64,000 nucleotides of DNA from Limosilactobacillus sp. (lineage in GTDB: Bacteria; Bacillota; Bacilli; Lactobacillales; Lactobacillaceae), in contig NZ_JAXGYB010000002.1 of NCBI RefSeq assembly GCF_040772465.1, forward strand, positions 93,397 to 157,396. Reading direction: 5' to 3'. Position 1 is the first letter of the stretch. Each line of letters starts with the position of its first letter. Position numbers and translations under genes: made by a program. Positions 47,959 through 56,955 of the stretch are shown piece after piece. Under the pieces are notes generated by a model. That model made no database searches. It saw only the letters and a list, made by a program, of their open reading frames with translations, and had not been told where the DNA came from.

Positions 47959-48738
47959 TTATAAGATCTTTTCCAAACCGACAACTAAGGTCTTCAAATC
48001 ATCAGCATGCTCTAAGGCCACTTTGACACCACTCATAAAACTACCCCGGTCAAATGAATCTTGGCGAATGGTCAATGCTTCACCAGGACCACCAAACAAT
48101 ACTTGTTCATGAGCAATGTATCCTGGAAGACGAACGGAGTGAATGTGGATGCCGTGGTAATCACCACCACGAACATTGTCCAACGTCGTTACCTTGTCAG
48201 GACTAGATTCATGTTCTGGACGATTTTCATCAATCATCTTGGCTGTTGCAAGTGCCGTCCCAGACGGTGCATCAGCTTTATCCGCGTGGTGCATTTCGAT
48301 AATTTCGACGTCTGGGAAGTACTCAGCAGCCTCTTTAGCAAATTTCATTAACAAAACAGCTGACATCCCAAAATTAGGGGCAATCAATCCCCCGATGCCC
48401 TTTTGCTTGGCCAGGTCTTGCAGTTCTTTGACTTGGTCATCACTCAAGCCAGTGGTCCCAATGATGGGTTTGATGCCGTGTTCAATAGCCGCTTTGGTAT
48501 TGCCATAAACGGCACCCGGTGCTGTGAAGTCAACCCAAATGTCTGCAACACCATCTTGAACTTCACTTGCGTCTTTATAAACTTTGACATCATCGGCCAA
48601 ACCTAATTCTTTAACGTCATCCGGCGTCGTCGTTGGTGAAACGACCGCACTGATACTAAAACCATCTAAGCCCTGAACCAGGTTAACGACCTTGCGGCCC
48701 ATTGAACCATTGTAGCCGGCAATTAATACTTTTTTCAT
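47959..48738 (-). CDS. dapB: 4-hydroxy-tetrahydrodipicolinate reductase
   Basis: 259 aa. Contains KVLIAGYNGSMGRK and EMHHADKADAPSGTA. Confidence 0.93.
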   Translation of the reverse strand: MKKVLIAGYNGSMGRKVVNLVQGLDGFSISAVVSPTTTPDDVKELGLADDVKVYKDASEVQDGVADIWVDFTAPGAVYGNTKAAIEHGIKPIIGTTGLSDDQVKELQDLAKQKGIGGLIAPNFGMSAVLLMKFAKEAAEYFPDVEIIEMHHADKADAPSGTALATAKMIDENRPEHESSPDKVTTLDNVRGGDYHGIHIHSVRLPGYIAHEQVLFGGPGEALTIRQDSFDRGSFMSGVKVALEHADDLKTLVVGLEKIL

Positions 48739-48745
48739 CGTGCAC

Positions 48746-49666
48746 CTACTCTCCTAAATCCAGCGGTAACTTGCCTTGCAAAGCATCACTTGGCAGTGAC
48801 AAAGCTTTTGCCAATTGTGACTTTTCCTCATCATTCAGCGGAACGATTGGTAAGCGGCAACCACCCATATCAAATCCTTGCGCGTTCAGCAATGCCTTGA
48901 CTGGTGACGGTGATGGGAACATAAACAGAGCGGCCATCCGCGGAGTCAGCCAACGTTGCAATTTGGCAGCTTCCTGATACTTACCCGCGTACAGATCATC
49001 ATACATTTGACGCATCTGCTTGCAGTAAGCATGACTGGCAACAGAGATCACCCCGTTGCCCCCAAGAAGACGGAACGTCAGTGCTTGGGCATCCTCACCA
49101 CTGAATACTAAGAAATTAGGATCTTTGTGGTCCACGATGTATTCCATGTCTTCTAACGGTCCACATTGCTTAACAGCAACGATGTTTTGGTGGTGTGACA
49201 ACTTAACAATTGTCTCAGCTTCCATTTTAACACCGGTTCTGCCAGGAATGTTGTACATCACAACTGGCAGTTTAACGGCATCCGCTACGGTCGTGAAGTG
49301 AGCAACCATGCCCCGTTGATTTGGCTTGTTGTAAGGTGGAACAACGACCAAGGCAGCGTCAATGCCGTCGATTTCAGCGACTTCGTTGGTAAACGCGATC
49401 GTTTCCTGAGTGTTGTTGCTTCCTGTACCGGCGATAACTGGTACCCGTCCGTTGACGATTTGACCAAAGTGTTTGTATAATTCAATCTTTTCGTCATGAC
49501 TCAGCGTAGGTGTTTCACCGGTGGTCCCACCGATGACAAAGCCATTGCAGCCCTGTTTAATCAGGTAATTGGTTAGCTTTTCCAAACCATCGTAATTAAT
49601 AGAGCCATCCTCGTTAAAAGTTGTGGCCAAAGCGGTCAGTAAGTCTGCATCTTTTAAAGCAGTCAT
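48746..49666 (-). CDS. dapA: 4-hydroxy-tetrahydrodipicolinate synthase
   Basis: 306 aa. Contains [10 protein letters not shown] and NIPGRTGV, and a Schiff-base Lys region (VAVKQC). Confidence 0.93.
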   Translation of the reverse strand: MTALKDADLLTALATTFNEDGSINYDGLEKLTNYLIKQGCNGFVIGGTTGETPTLSHDEKIELYKHFGQIVNGRVPVIAGTGSNNTQETIAFTNEVAEIDGIDAALVVVPPYNKPNQRGMVAHFTTVADAVKLPVVMYNIPGRTGVKMEAETIVKLSHHQNIVAVKQCGPLEDMEYIVDHKDPNFLVFSGEDAQALTFRLLGGNGVISVASHAYCKQMRQMYDDLYAGKYQEAAKLQRWLTPRMAALFMFPSPSPVKALLNAQGFDMGGCRLPIVPLNDEEKSQLAKALSLPSDALQGKLPLDLGE

Positions 49667-49678
49667 TCTAAAATCTCC

Positions 49679-50833
49679 TTAGTTATTATCATTCATTCGG
49701 TATTCCAGGAAAGACGTGATCGCATTGACACCTCGTGGCAGTGCGCGTTCGTCTGGTGTCAGCGTAGCAGAATGGAGCTGTGAATCATCTTCAACCCCCA
49801 GCCAGAACATCGTCCCCGGGAACTTGGCCAGTAAGAAGCCAAAGTCTTCGCCGGTCATCGCTGGTTCTGTCTCAATGAAATTAACGTCCTTATCATGAGA
49901 CATAAAGTCAATGAACCGTTTAGTCAATTGGGGATTGTTTTCAACCGGCCAGTAGCCACCCTGATTCAACCCCAATTTCACCTGACAGTTGTAACTGCGG
50001 GCGATGCCGTCGCACACGTCTTGCAAGCGACCATCAATTTGTTTGATCATCTTTTGAGTTAAGCCGCGAATCGTGCCTTCGATGCGCGCATCCCCCGCGA
50101 TGACATTGCGGATGGTGCCAGCCCGAAATTTACCAAGTGTAATGACCCCACTTTGAATCGGGTCAATGGAACGCGAAATAATGGTCTGAACTTGCATGAT
50201 CAGTGCTGCTGCCGCAACAACCATGTCGTTGGCATCTTGCGGATAAGCAGCGTGACCACCCTTGCCGTGCAAGTCGATGTTAACTTCAGTCGTCCCCGCG
50301 AAAAGGGTGCCCATTCGGCAACCAATCGCACCAGCAGGCAATTCTGGATTATCGTGTAAACCGTAAAATTCATCTGGACACCACTGGCCTTTAAATAAAC
50401 CGAGCTCATAGGCCCGTTTCCCACCATTCTCTGATTCTTCTGCCGGTTGGAAGAAGAAGAGCAGATTATCCTTGGGTTGGTGTTCACTGAAATACTTGAG
50501 AACCCCGAGGGCTACGGTCATGTGAATGTCGTGACCACAGGCATGCATGACACCCGGATGCTTCGACTTATAAGGCAAGCCGGTTTGTTCTTCGACGGGC
50601 AAAGCATCAATATCTGTCCGGTAGCCGATCGTGCGTTGCGGTTGACTGCCCTGGACTAAAACCATCATGGAAGTTGGTAACTCTTCTGGTTCCCGGATCG
50701 TCAAATATCGTTGGTCCATGTCTTTGACGCACTTTAATAAGTAAGCATGCGTCTCAGTTTCATGAAGTGCCAACTCCGGAATTTGGTGCAAGTGCCGGCG
50801 AATATGAATTAAATCATCTGTTGAATAAGCCAT
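49679..50833 (-). CDS. N-acetyldiaminopimelate deacetylase (M20 amidohydrolase, YkuR/DapL-like)
   Basis: Start trimmed to MAYSTDDLIHIRRHLHQIPEL (ATG at 50833). The M20 motif MHACGHD is present. Sits next to the tetrahydrodipicolinate N-acetyltransferase gene. Confidence 0.82.
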   Translation of the reverse strand: MAYSTDDLIHIRRHLHQIPELALHETETHAYLLKCVKDMDQRYLTIREPEELPTSMMVLVQGSQPQRTIGYRTDIDALPVEEQTGLPYKSKHPGVMHACGHDIHMTVALGVLKYFSEHQPKDNLLFFFQPAEESENGGKRAYELGLFKGQWCPDEFYGLHDNPELPAGAIGCRMGTLFAGTTEVNIDLHGKGGHAAYPQDANDMVVAAAALIMQVQTIISRSIDPIQSGVITLGKFRAGTIRNVIAGDARIEGTIRGLTQKMIKQIDGRLQDVCDGIARSYNCQVKLGLNQGGYWPVENNPQLTKRFIDFMSHDKDVNFIETEPAMTGEDFGFLLAKFPGTMFWLGVEDDSQLHSATLTPDERALPRGVNAITSFLEYRMNDNN

Positions 50834-50837
50834 CAGA

Positions 50838-51551
50838 TCACAACTTTCTGAGGTCATCCTGCAGGCCTGTCTTGGATTCAGTCTTAGTGTCAACCTGCTT
50901 CAGGACACGTGCAGGGACACCACCGACAACCGTGTGCGGGGCGACATCCTTGGTAACAACGGCACCGGCACCGACAACAGCGCCTTCACCAACGTGAACA
51001 CCTTCGATAACGACGGCATTAGCGCCAATCAAGACATTGTCGTCAATCCGCACAGGTTCTGCACTTGCTGGTTCAATCACCCCAGCCAAAACGGTACCGG
51101 CACCAATATGGCAATGCTTGCCGACAATTGCCCGGCCACCTAAAATGGCACCCATGTCGATCATTGAACTTTCACCAATTTCGGCACCGATGTTAATCGT
51201 AGCACCCATCATAACGACGGCGTTGTCCCCGATAACAACGTGATCACGAATGATCGCACCTGGTTCAATCCGGGCATTAATTCCCTTGAGATCCAGCAAA
51301 GGAACGGCAGAGTTGCGAGCATCATTTTCGATGGCATAATCTTTGATAAATTTAGCCTGCTTCTTCAAGAATGGCTTCAGCACTTCCCAGTCGCCAAATA
51401 GGATCCCACTATGCTTTTCAACAAAGCTCTTCACGCCCTTTGGATACTTCAGGTCGTCTAACTTCTTACCTTTAATGTAGATCTTAACCGGCGTCTTCTT
51501 TGGTGCATTGCCGATGTATTCAATAATCTGTTTTGCGTCTAATTGTGCCAT
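50838..51551 (-). CDS. dapH: 2,3,4,5-tetrahydropyridine-2,6-dicarboxylate N-acetyltransferase (DapH/YkuQ)
   Basis: 237 aa with a left-handed beta-helix hexapeptide repeat run ([21 protein letters not shown]...). Confidence 0.88.
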   Translation of the reverse strand: MAQLDAKQIIEYIGNAPKKTPVKIYIKGKKLDDLKYPKGVKSFVEKHSGILFGDWEVLKPFLKKQAKFIKDYAIENDARNSAVPLLDLKGINARIEPGAIIRDHVVIGDNAVVMMGATINIGAEIGESSMIDMGAILGGRAIVGKHCHIGAGTVLAGVIEPASAEPVRIDDNVLIGANAVVIEGVHVGEGAVVGAGAVVTKDVAPHTVVGGVPARVLKQVDTKTESKTGLQDDLRKL

Positions 51552-51583
51552 CTTTATCTTTCCTCTCTATTAAATAAGTTAAA

Positions 51584-52894
51584 TTAAGCGTTATAAGGCA
51601 AATCCAAATGAACTAAGTCTTCGTAACTCTCACGTTTAATCACTAAACTGGCCTTGCCGTTTTCAGCAAAAACAACAGCCGGCCGCGGGTTGCGGTTATA
51701 ATTAGAAGCCATTGCATAACCATAGGCACCGGTATCTAAAGTGACGAGCACGTCGCCGGGATGAGTTGCTGGTAATGGTTGCGCGTCAGCCATGATGTCG
51801 CCAGACTCACAATACTTACCCGCAATCCGCACCGTTTCCACTGGCTGAGCTTTAGGGTCGCGTGCCAACACCGTTTCGTATTTAGCCTGATATAAAGCTG
51901 GGCGAATGTTATCTCCCATCCCGCCATCAATAGTGACGTACGGCTTTAATCCAGGTACATCCTTGCGAGATCCGACTGTATATAAGTTATAACCGGCAGG
52001 ACCAACGATGGAGCGGCCTGGTTCGATCCAAATGGCAGGTAAAGGCAAGTTCTTTTCCTTAGCAGACTTTTTAATGGTTTTGACGATCGCGTCAACAAAC
52101 TGCTCTGGACGGAGTGGCTTGTCACTGGCCACGTAGCGAATTCCAAATCCACCACCGACATTAACAATTTCTGCCGTGTAGCCAAAAGCTTCTTTCCAGT
52201 GAGCCGCAATGTCAACCAACTTTTTGGCAGCAAGTTCAAAACCGTTGAGTTCAAAAATTTGTGAACCAATGTGGGCGTGCAATCCATGCATTTTCATCCG
52301 TGGGTTGGCCAACACTTCCTGCAAAGCCTTGTCAGCCTGCCCAGAATCAACATCAAAACCAAATTTCGAGTCAACTTGCCCCGTTTGGTCATATTTATGG
52401 GCGTGGGCACTGATTCCTGGCGTAATGCGCAGCATCACATCAGCAGTAGCGTCTTCATCTTTCAGCACTTGATCCAGCAAATCGATTTCGTGGAAATTAT
52501 CCAACATGATCATGCCAACGTGGTGCTGAACAGCCATCTCTAATTCTGCAAGGGATTTGTTGTTACCGTGGAAACTAACTTTATCCATTGGGAAACCCGC
52601 TTTAATGGCAGTAGTCAGTTCACCACCGCTGACAACATCGGTATGGGCTCCTTCCTCTTTCATCACTTGGTAAATGGCGATGGAGGCAAAGGCCTTACTA
52701 GCATAACTGACTTCGTATTGCACACCATTATCTTCAAAGACTTTCTTAAAACGGTGAATCTGATCACGAATGGCAACAACGTCGTAGACTACCAAGGGTG
52801 TCCCAAATTGTTTTGCTAATTCTAAAGTATCAACTCCACCGATCGTCAAATGACCAGCAGCGTTAATCTGTGATGGTTGAACTTGTTCGTTCAT
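51584..52894 (-). CDS. lysA: diaminopimelate decarboxylase
   Basis: Start trimmed to MNEQVQPSQINAAGHL (ATG at 52894 after ACGGAGG). Contains PLP-Lys YASKAF, GGGFG, and CESGD. Confidence 0.94.
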   Translation of the reverse strand: MNEQVQPSQINAAGHLTIGGVDTLELAKQFGTPLVVYDVVAIRDQIHRFKKVFEDNGVQYEVSYASKAFASIAIYQVMKEEGAHTDVVSGGELTTAIKAGFPMDKVSFHGNNKSLAELEMAVQHHVGMIMLDNFHEIDLLDQVLKDEDATADVMLRITPGISAHAHKYDQTGQVDSKFGFDVDSGQADKALQEVLANPRMKMHGLHAHIGSQIFELNGFELAAKKLVDIAAHWKEAFGYTAEIVNVGGGFGIRYVASDKPLRPEQFVDAIVKTIKKSAKEKNLPLPAIWIEPGRSIVGPAGYNLYTVGSRKDVPGLKPYVTIDGGMGDNIRPALYQAKYETVLARDPKAQPVETVRIAGKYCESGDIMADAQPLPATHPGDVLVTLDTGAYGYAMASNYNRNPRPAVVFAENGKASLVIKRESYEDLVHLDLPYNA

Positions 52895-52920
52895 CTGCAA
52901 ACCTCCGTTAATTGTTCGGC

Positions 52921-52953
52921 AAAAAAATCCCGTGGGCACCATGCTCACGGGAT
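52921..52953 (-). terminator. expression-platform terminator of the lysine riboswitch
   Basis: The minus strand reads ATCCCGTGAGCATGGTGCCCACGGGAT followed by TTTTTTT, 27 nt before the lysA ATG. Confidence 0.85.
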
Positions 52954-52992
52954 TGAATTCAAACGATTAATTCGTTGATTTATCCACGATGA

Positions 52993-53160
52993 TAAAATAG
53001 CGCCCCGCAGCCTTCTTCGCCGCGACAGTCCGTGATTTATTGAACCACGACCCAGCAATTGCTCCCTGTCAAGGAACAACGCTTCGGCAGCCGCCCCTTT
53101 TCCTGATTGACATCGACTGACAAATCACCAACCGGGTACTGATGTTAGCTGCGCCTCTAT
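52993..53160 (-). promoter_or_regulatory. lysine riboswitch (L-box, Rfam RF00168 class)
   Basis: The reverse strand reads ATAGAGGCGCAGCTAACATCAGTACCCGGTTGGTG...GAAAAGGGGCGGCTGCCGAAGCG...GGGAGCAATTGCTGGGTCG...CGGACTGTCGCGGCGAAGAAGGCTGCGGGGCGCTAT. The conserved AGAGGCGC, AGTA, GGGG..TGCCGAAG, CTGG, ACTGTC and closing GGGCGCTAT blocks are all present. Confidence 0.85.
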
Positions 53161-53174
53161 TTCTCTATGCCCAT

Positions 53175-53203
53175 AGTATAAAAGTGGAACTAAAAAGCGT
53201 CAA
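53175..53203 (-). promoter_or_regulatory. candidate sigma-A promoter of the L-box/lysA operon (-35 TTGACG, 17 nt, -10 TATACT)
   Basis: Read on the reverse strand. The -10 ends about 15 nt upstream of the riboswitch P1. Confidence 0.6.
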
Positions 53204-53274
53204 GCCTTTTTTAATGTTTTTCTCATTAACTTTTCGAGCCCTTATCAATTCAAAAATAAAATAGGACTCAGTGC

Positions 53275-53302
53275 TTGCAACGGTCAGCGAAACTGTTAGA
53301 AT
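53275..53302 (+). promoter_or_regulatory. candidate sigma-A promoter of the aspartokinase-dapF operon (-35 TTGCAA, 16 nt with TGt, -10 TAGAAT)
   Basis: Read directly. Gives a ~45-nt leader with no riboswitch-like structure. Confidence 0.55.
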
Positions 53303-53350
53303 TTCATTAACAAGATCTCACTTGCAATGAGAATAAGGAGGAGCAAATTT

Positions 53351-54727
53351 ATGAAGGTTGTGAAGTTTGGCGGCAGCTCACTCGCTGACGGCCAGTCCTT
53401 TCAACAAGCAATTAAAATCATCACTGCAGATCCTGAACGCTGGGTCATCGTCACCTCTGCACCTGGCAAGCGCCATGATGGCGATACCAAGGTAACTGAC
53501 CTGCTGATTGAATACGCAAATCAAACCCTTCGCCACGAAGATACCAGTTCGATTTGTCAAACGATTCTCCAACGTTATCAAGCAATTGCCGATTACTTTG
53601 GGGTAGAAAAATCAGCGCTGCAGCCGATTGAAGATGCATTAGTCAATTTACCTAATGGTGATTATCCAGATAAAAACTACTTAATGGCTGCCTTTAAAGC
53701 TCATGGTGAACGACTGAATGCCCGTTTGATGGCTGTCGTGCTCAACCACCTCGGCTACAAGAGTCGCTTTGTCGATCCATCTGAGGCAGGAATCATCGTC
53801 AGCGGTACACCTAACAACGCAACGGTATTGCCAATCACTTATGACAACTTAGCTAAGTTAAAGATCAATGATGATGAACGGTTGGTTTTCCCAGGATTTT
53901 TTGGTTTCACCCCAACCAAACACATCGCAACATTCTCACGCGGTGGTTCCGACATCACTGGTGCCATTTTGGCGCGCGGACTCAAAGCCCGTGTTTACGA
54001 AAACTTCACCGATGTGGATGCCATCTTTGCCGCCAACCCAAACGTTGTAAAGAACCCCGTCCCCATTAAGAGAATGACTTACCGGGAAATGCGTGAACTT
54101 TCCTATGCTGGCTTTTCAGTTTTTCATGATGAAGCCCTGATTCCGGCAATTGAAGGTCAAATTCCGGTCAACGTCCGCAACACTAAAAACCCAAGTGCTC
54201 CCGGTACGATGATTGTTCCAGAAAACGGCTTTAAGATTGCGTCGATGGTCACAGGGGTCACCTGTGCCAAACACTTTGCAGGTCTCTATTTGCACAAATA
54301 CCTGATGAACAAGGAACTGGGTTTCAGTCTGCAAATTCTAGAAATCCTTAAAAAATACCACGTTTCTTATGAACATATGCCTTCAGGAATCGATGATATT
54401 ACGATCATTTTCGATCGCGATCAATTAACGGATGTCAAAGTCGATCGTATTTGCAACGAAATTCAGGAAAAATTCGATCCTGACACCCTTCGCTGGATCG
54501 ATGACTATGCCATTACGATGGTCGTCGGTGAAGGAATGAACCACCAAGTCGGTGTCATGGCCCGAATTGCTCACGCGGTAGCCAAACACCACCTTTCGCT
54601 GACAATGGTCAACCAGGGTGCTTCTCAAATCTCCATCATGATTGGTACAAAAGGCGAAGATGCAGATGAAGCCGTTCGCGCAATCTATGATGAGTTCTTT
54701 AATTCCCAGGAAAAGGAGAATGACTAA
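53351..54727 (+). CDS. lysC: aspartate kinase (monofunctional, YclM-like class)
   Basis: Start trimmed to MKVVKFGGSSLADGQSFQQA (ATG at 53351 after AAGGAGGAG). 458 aa with a C-terminal ACT region. Confidence 0.92.
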   Translation: MKVVKFGGSSLADGQSFQQAIKIITADPERWVIVTSAPGKRHDGDTKVTDLLIEYANQTLRHEDTSSICQTILQRYQAIADYFGVEKSALQPIEDALVNLPNGDYPDKNYLMAAFKAHGERLNARLMAVVLNHLGYKSRFVDPSEAGIIVSGTPNNATVLPITYDNLAKLKINDDERLVFPGFFGFTPTKHIATFSRGGSDITGAILARGLKARVYENFTDVDAIFAANPNVVKNPVPIKRMTYREMRELSYAGFSVFHDEALIPAIEGQIPVNVRNTKNPSAPGTMIVPENGFKIASMVTGVTCAKHFAGLYLHKYLMNKELGFSLQILEILKKYHVSYEHMPSGIDDITIIFDRDQLTDVKVDRICNEIQEKFDPDTLRWIDDYAITMVVGEGMNHQVGVMARIAHAVAKHHLSLTMVNQGASQISIMIGTKGEDADEAVRAIYDEFFNSQEKEND

Positions 54728-55734
54728 TGGCAAAGTTATTAAAAGTCCACGGTTCACAAAATTGTTTCTTTATCTTGGATCAAACTCAGTTAGCTCATGC
54801 TTTGACCGATGAAGAATTGAGTCAGCTGGGAATTCAGCTATGCGATCCCAAAACCGGTATTTTAAACGGTGCCGATGGCTTGCTCGTCGTCGATCAGGGT
54901 ACACACAAAGGCGTGGCAGGCCGGATGCGTGTCGTCAACGCTGATGGTTCTTACGCTTCAATGTGTGGTAACGGCTTGCGCACCGTCAGTCGCTACCTCA
55001 GTGAAAAACTGGGCAAAGACCAATTCATCGTTGAAACCCAAGACGCCGATTTACACGTCCGCAAACACGACGATTTCGCTGCGGGCGTCCCTGCCTTTGC
55101 AGTGGAAATTTCCCCGGTACGTTTCAACCGCCAAGCAATGCCTTTACAAAATGTGGGCCACGAACGTCTGCTCGATGACTATGTTCCGGAATTTGCACCA
55201 GCGATGAAGTTTTCCGCCATTGCAGTTCCGAACCCCCACTTAATTGCTTTTATGGACGAAGATGCCCTAACTGGTCCCCTCTTGGGCGAGCTCGGCAAAA
55301 GATTGAACAGCAAGAACCCCTATTTCACAGATGGCGTTAACGTCAACTTCGCCCAAATTTTAGGTGACAATAAACTCTTCGTTCGCACCTACGAACGGGG
55401 TGTGGGCTTTACCAACGCCTGTGGGACCGGGATGTCGGCAACCAGTCTAGCCTTCGTCTTAACGCACCCTGAACACGCCCAGCTTGATCAAACCATTACG
55501 GTCTACAATCCAGGCGGCTTAGTAAAAACGATCGTCCATCGTGACGAGGACCGTTACTGGATCGAACTGATCGGCAACGCAACCTTCACGCACCAGATTG
55601 ATGTCGACGAAGCTAATTTGCACCATGCTAATGTGACGACTGATAAGGTAAAAATTGCAGAAAGCAATGAGCAGTCGGCTTACCTCAAATTTGTTAAGTC
55701 GATGCCTAAGATTAATAAGCTACAGGTTCGCTAG
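54727..55734 (+). CDS. dapF: diaminopimelate epimerase
   Basis: 335 aa. The two catalytic Cys blocks are SMCGNGLR and NACGTGMSA. Its start overlaps the aspartokinase stop (TAATG). Confidence 0.9.
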   Translation: MAKLLKVHGSQNCFFILDQTQLAHALTDEELSQLGIQLCDPKTGILNGADGLLVVDQGTHKGVAGRMRVVNADGSYASMCGNGLRTVSRYLSEKLGKDQFIVETQDADLHVRKHDDFAAGVPAFAVEISPVRFNRQAMPLQNVGHERLLDDYVPEFAPAMKFSAIAVPNPHLIAFMDEDALTGPLLGELGKRLNSKNPYFTDGVNVNFAQILGDNKLFVRTYERGVGFTNACGTGMSATSLAFVLTHPEHAQLDQTITVYNPGGLVKTIVHRDEDRYWIELIGNATFTHQIDVDEANLHHANVTTDKVKIAESNEQSAYLKFVKSMPKINKLQVR

Positions 55735-55749
55735 AATCTGCTGATTATA

Positions 55750-55798
55750 CAAAAAGGCGCCATTAACTATCGCATTGATAGCTAATGGCGCTTATTTT
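55750..55798. terminator. bidirectional intrinsic terminator (dapF / rpoD)
   Basis: Long hairpin GCGCCATTAaCTATC-gcatt-GATAGcTAATGGCGC at 55757-55791, between CAAAAAG and TTATTTT. Confidence 0.85.
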
Positions 55799-55811
55799 CT
55801 ATATTAATATT

Positions 55812-56954
55812 TTACTCTAAGAAGTCCTTCAGCTGCTTGGAACGGGATGGGTGGCGCAGCTTGCGAAGGGCTTTAGCCTCAATTTGACGAATCCGTTCAC
55901 GGGTAACGCCAAAGACTTTCCCAACTTCCTCAAGCGTACGCGTCCGCCCGTCATCCAGACCGAAGCGCAGCCGCAAAACATTTTCTTCACGATCAGTTAA
56001 GGTGTCCAAAACGTTTTCCAGCTGCTTCTTCATCATTTCGTTGGCAGCATGGTCAGCTGGACTTGTAGCATCCTGGTCTTCGATGAAATCACCCAAGTGT
56101 GAATCGTCTTCTTCGCCAATTGGTGTTTCCAGTGAAACAGGTTCCTGGGCAATCTTCAAGATATCACGAACCTTGGAAGTTGGCATGTCCATTTCAGCAC
56201 CAATTTCTTCTGGCAACGGTTCACGACCAAGATCCTGCAGCAACTGCCGTTGAATACGGATCAACTTGTTGATGGTTTCAACCATGTGAACAGGAATCCG
56301 AATGGTCCGGGCTTGGTCGGCAATCGCACGGGTGATGGCCTGACGAATCCACCAGGTGGCGTAAGTCGAGAACTTAAAACCTTTCCGGTAATCAAACTTC
56401 TCGACGGCCTTCATCAAGCCCATGTTGCCTTCTTGAATCAAGTCCAGGAACTGCATGCCCCGACCGACGTAGCGCTTGGCAATCGAAACAACCAGACGCA
56501 AGTTAGCTTCAGCCAATTCCTGCTTGGCTTCCTCATCGCCCTTTTCGATCCGCAAAGCCAATTCAACTTCCTGGTCAGCCGTCAGCAACGGCACACGACC
56601 AATTTCCTTCAGATACATCCGCACCGGATCGTTAATTTTAACGCTGGAAGGAGCGCTAGTGTCCTTCATTGCCTTCTTCGTTAACTTTTCAGTTGCCTTC
56701 AAAGCACGTGGGTCTGGTTCACCATTTTCGTCAACCACACTGATACCAGCGTCTTCAACGTTTTGAATCAGGTTGTCCATCCCATCAGCGTTTAATTCGA
56801 ATGGCTGAGCCAGTTCCTTCGTCAGATCGACATACTTGATCTGTTTAGCTTTTTTATATTTGCGGATAACTTTACCAACGGCGGCATCATACTTCTTTTG
56901 GTCAAAATGATCCAAATTGGAAATAACAATTGTCTTTTTCTTGCTCTTTGCCAT
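55812..56954 (-). CDS. rpoD: RNA polymerase primary sigma factor (SigA/RpoD)
   Basis: 380 aa. Region 2 is [27 protein letters not shown]. Region 4.2 is [28 protein letters not shown]. Confidence 0.97.
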   Translation of the reverse strand: MAKSKKKTIVISNLDHFDQKKYDAAVGKVIRKYKKAKQIKYVDLTKELAQPFELNADGMDNLIQNVEDAGISVVDENGEPDPRALKATEKLTKKAMKDTSAPSSVKINDPVRMYLKEIGRVPLLTADQEVELALRIEKGDEEAKQELAEANLRLVVSIAKRYVGRGMQFLDLIQEGNMGLMKAVEKFDYRKGFKFSTYATWWIRQAITRAIADQARTIRIPVHMVETINKLIRIQRQLLQDLGREPLPEEIGAEMDMPTSKVRDILKIAQEPVSLETPIGEEDDSHLGDFIEDQDATSPADHAANEMMKKQLENVLDTLTDREENVLRLRFGLDDGRTRTLEEVGKVFGVTRERIRQIEAKALRKLRHPSRSKQLKDFLE

Positions 56955-56955
56955 A

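Noticed and set aside
56250-56684. 144-aa plus-strand ORF (and its neighbours 56002-56253 and 56476-56766) inside the rpoD region
   Set aside because: It lies entirely antisense to the highly conserved rpoD coding sequence. It has no RBS, and its composition is the low-complexity mirror of the sense frame. This is a typical shadow ORF.
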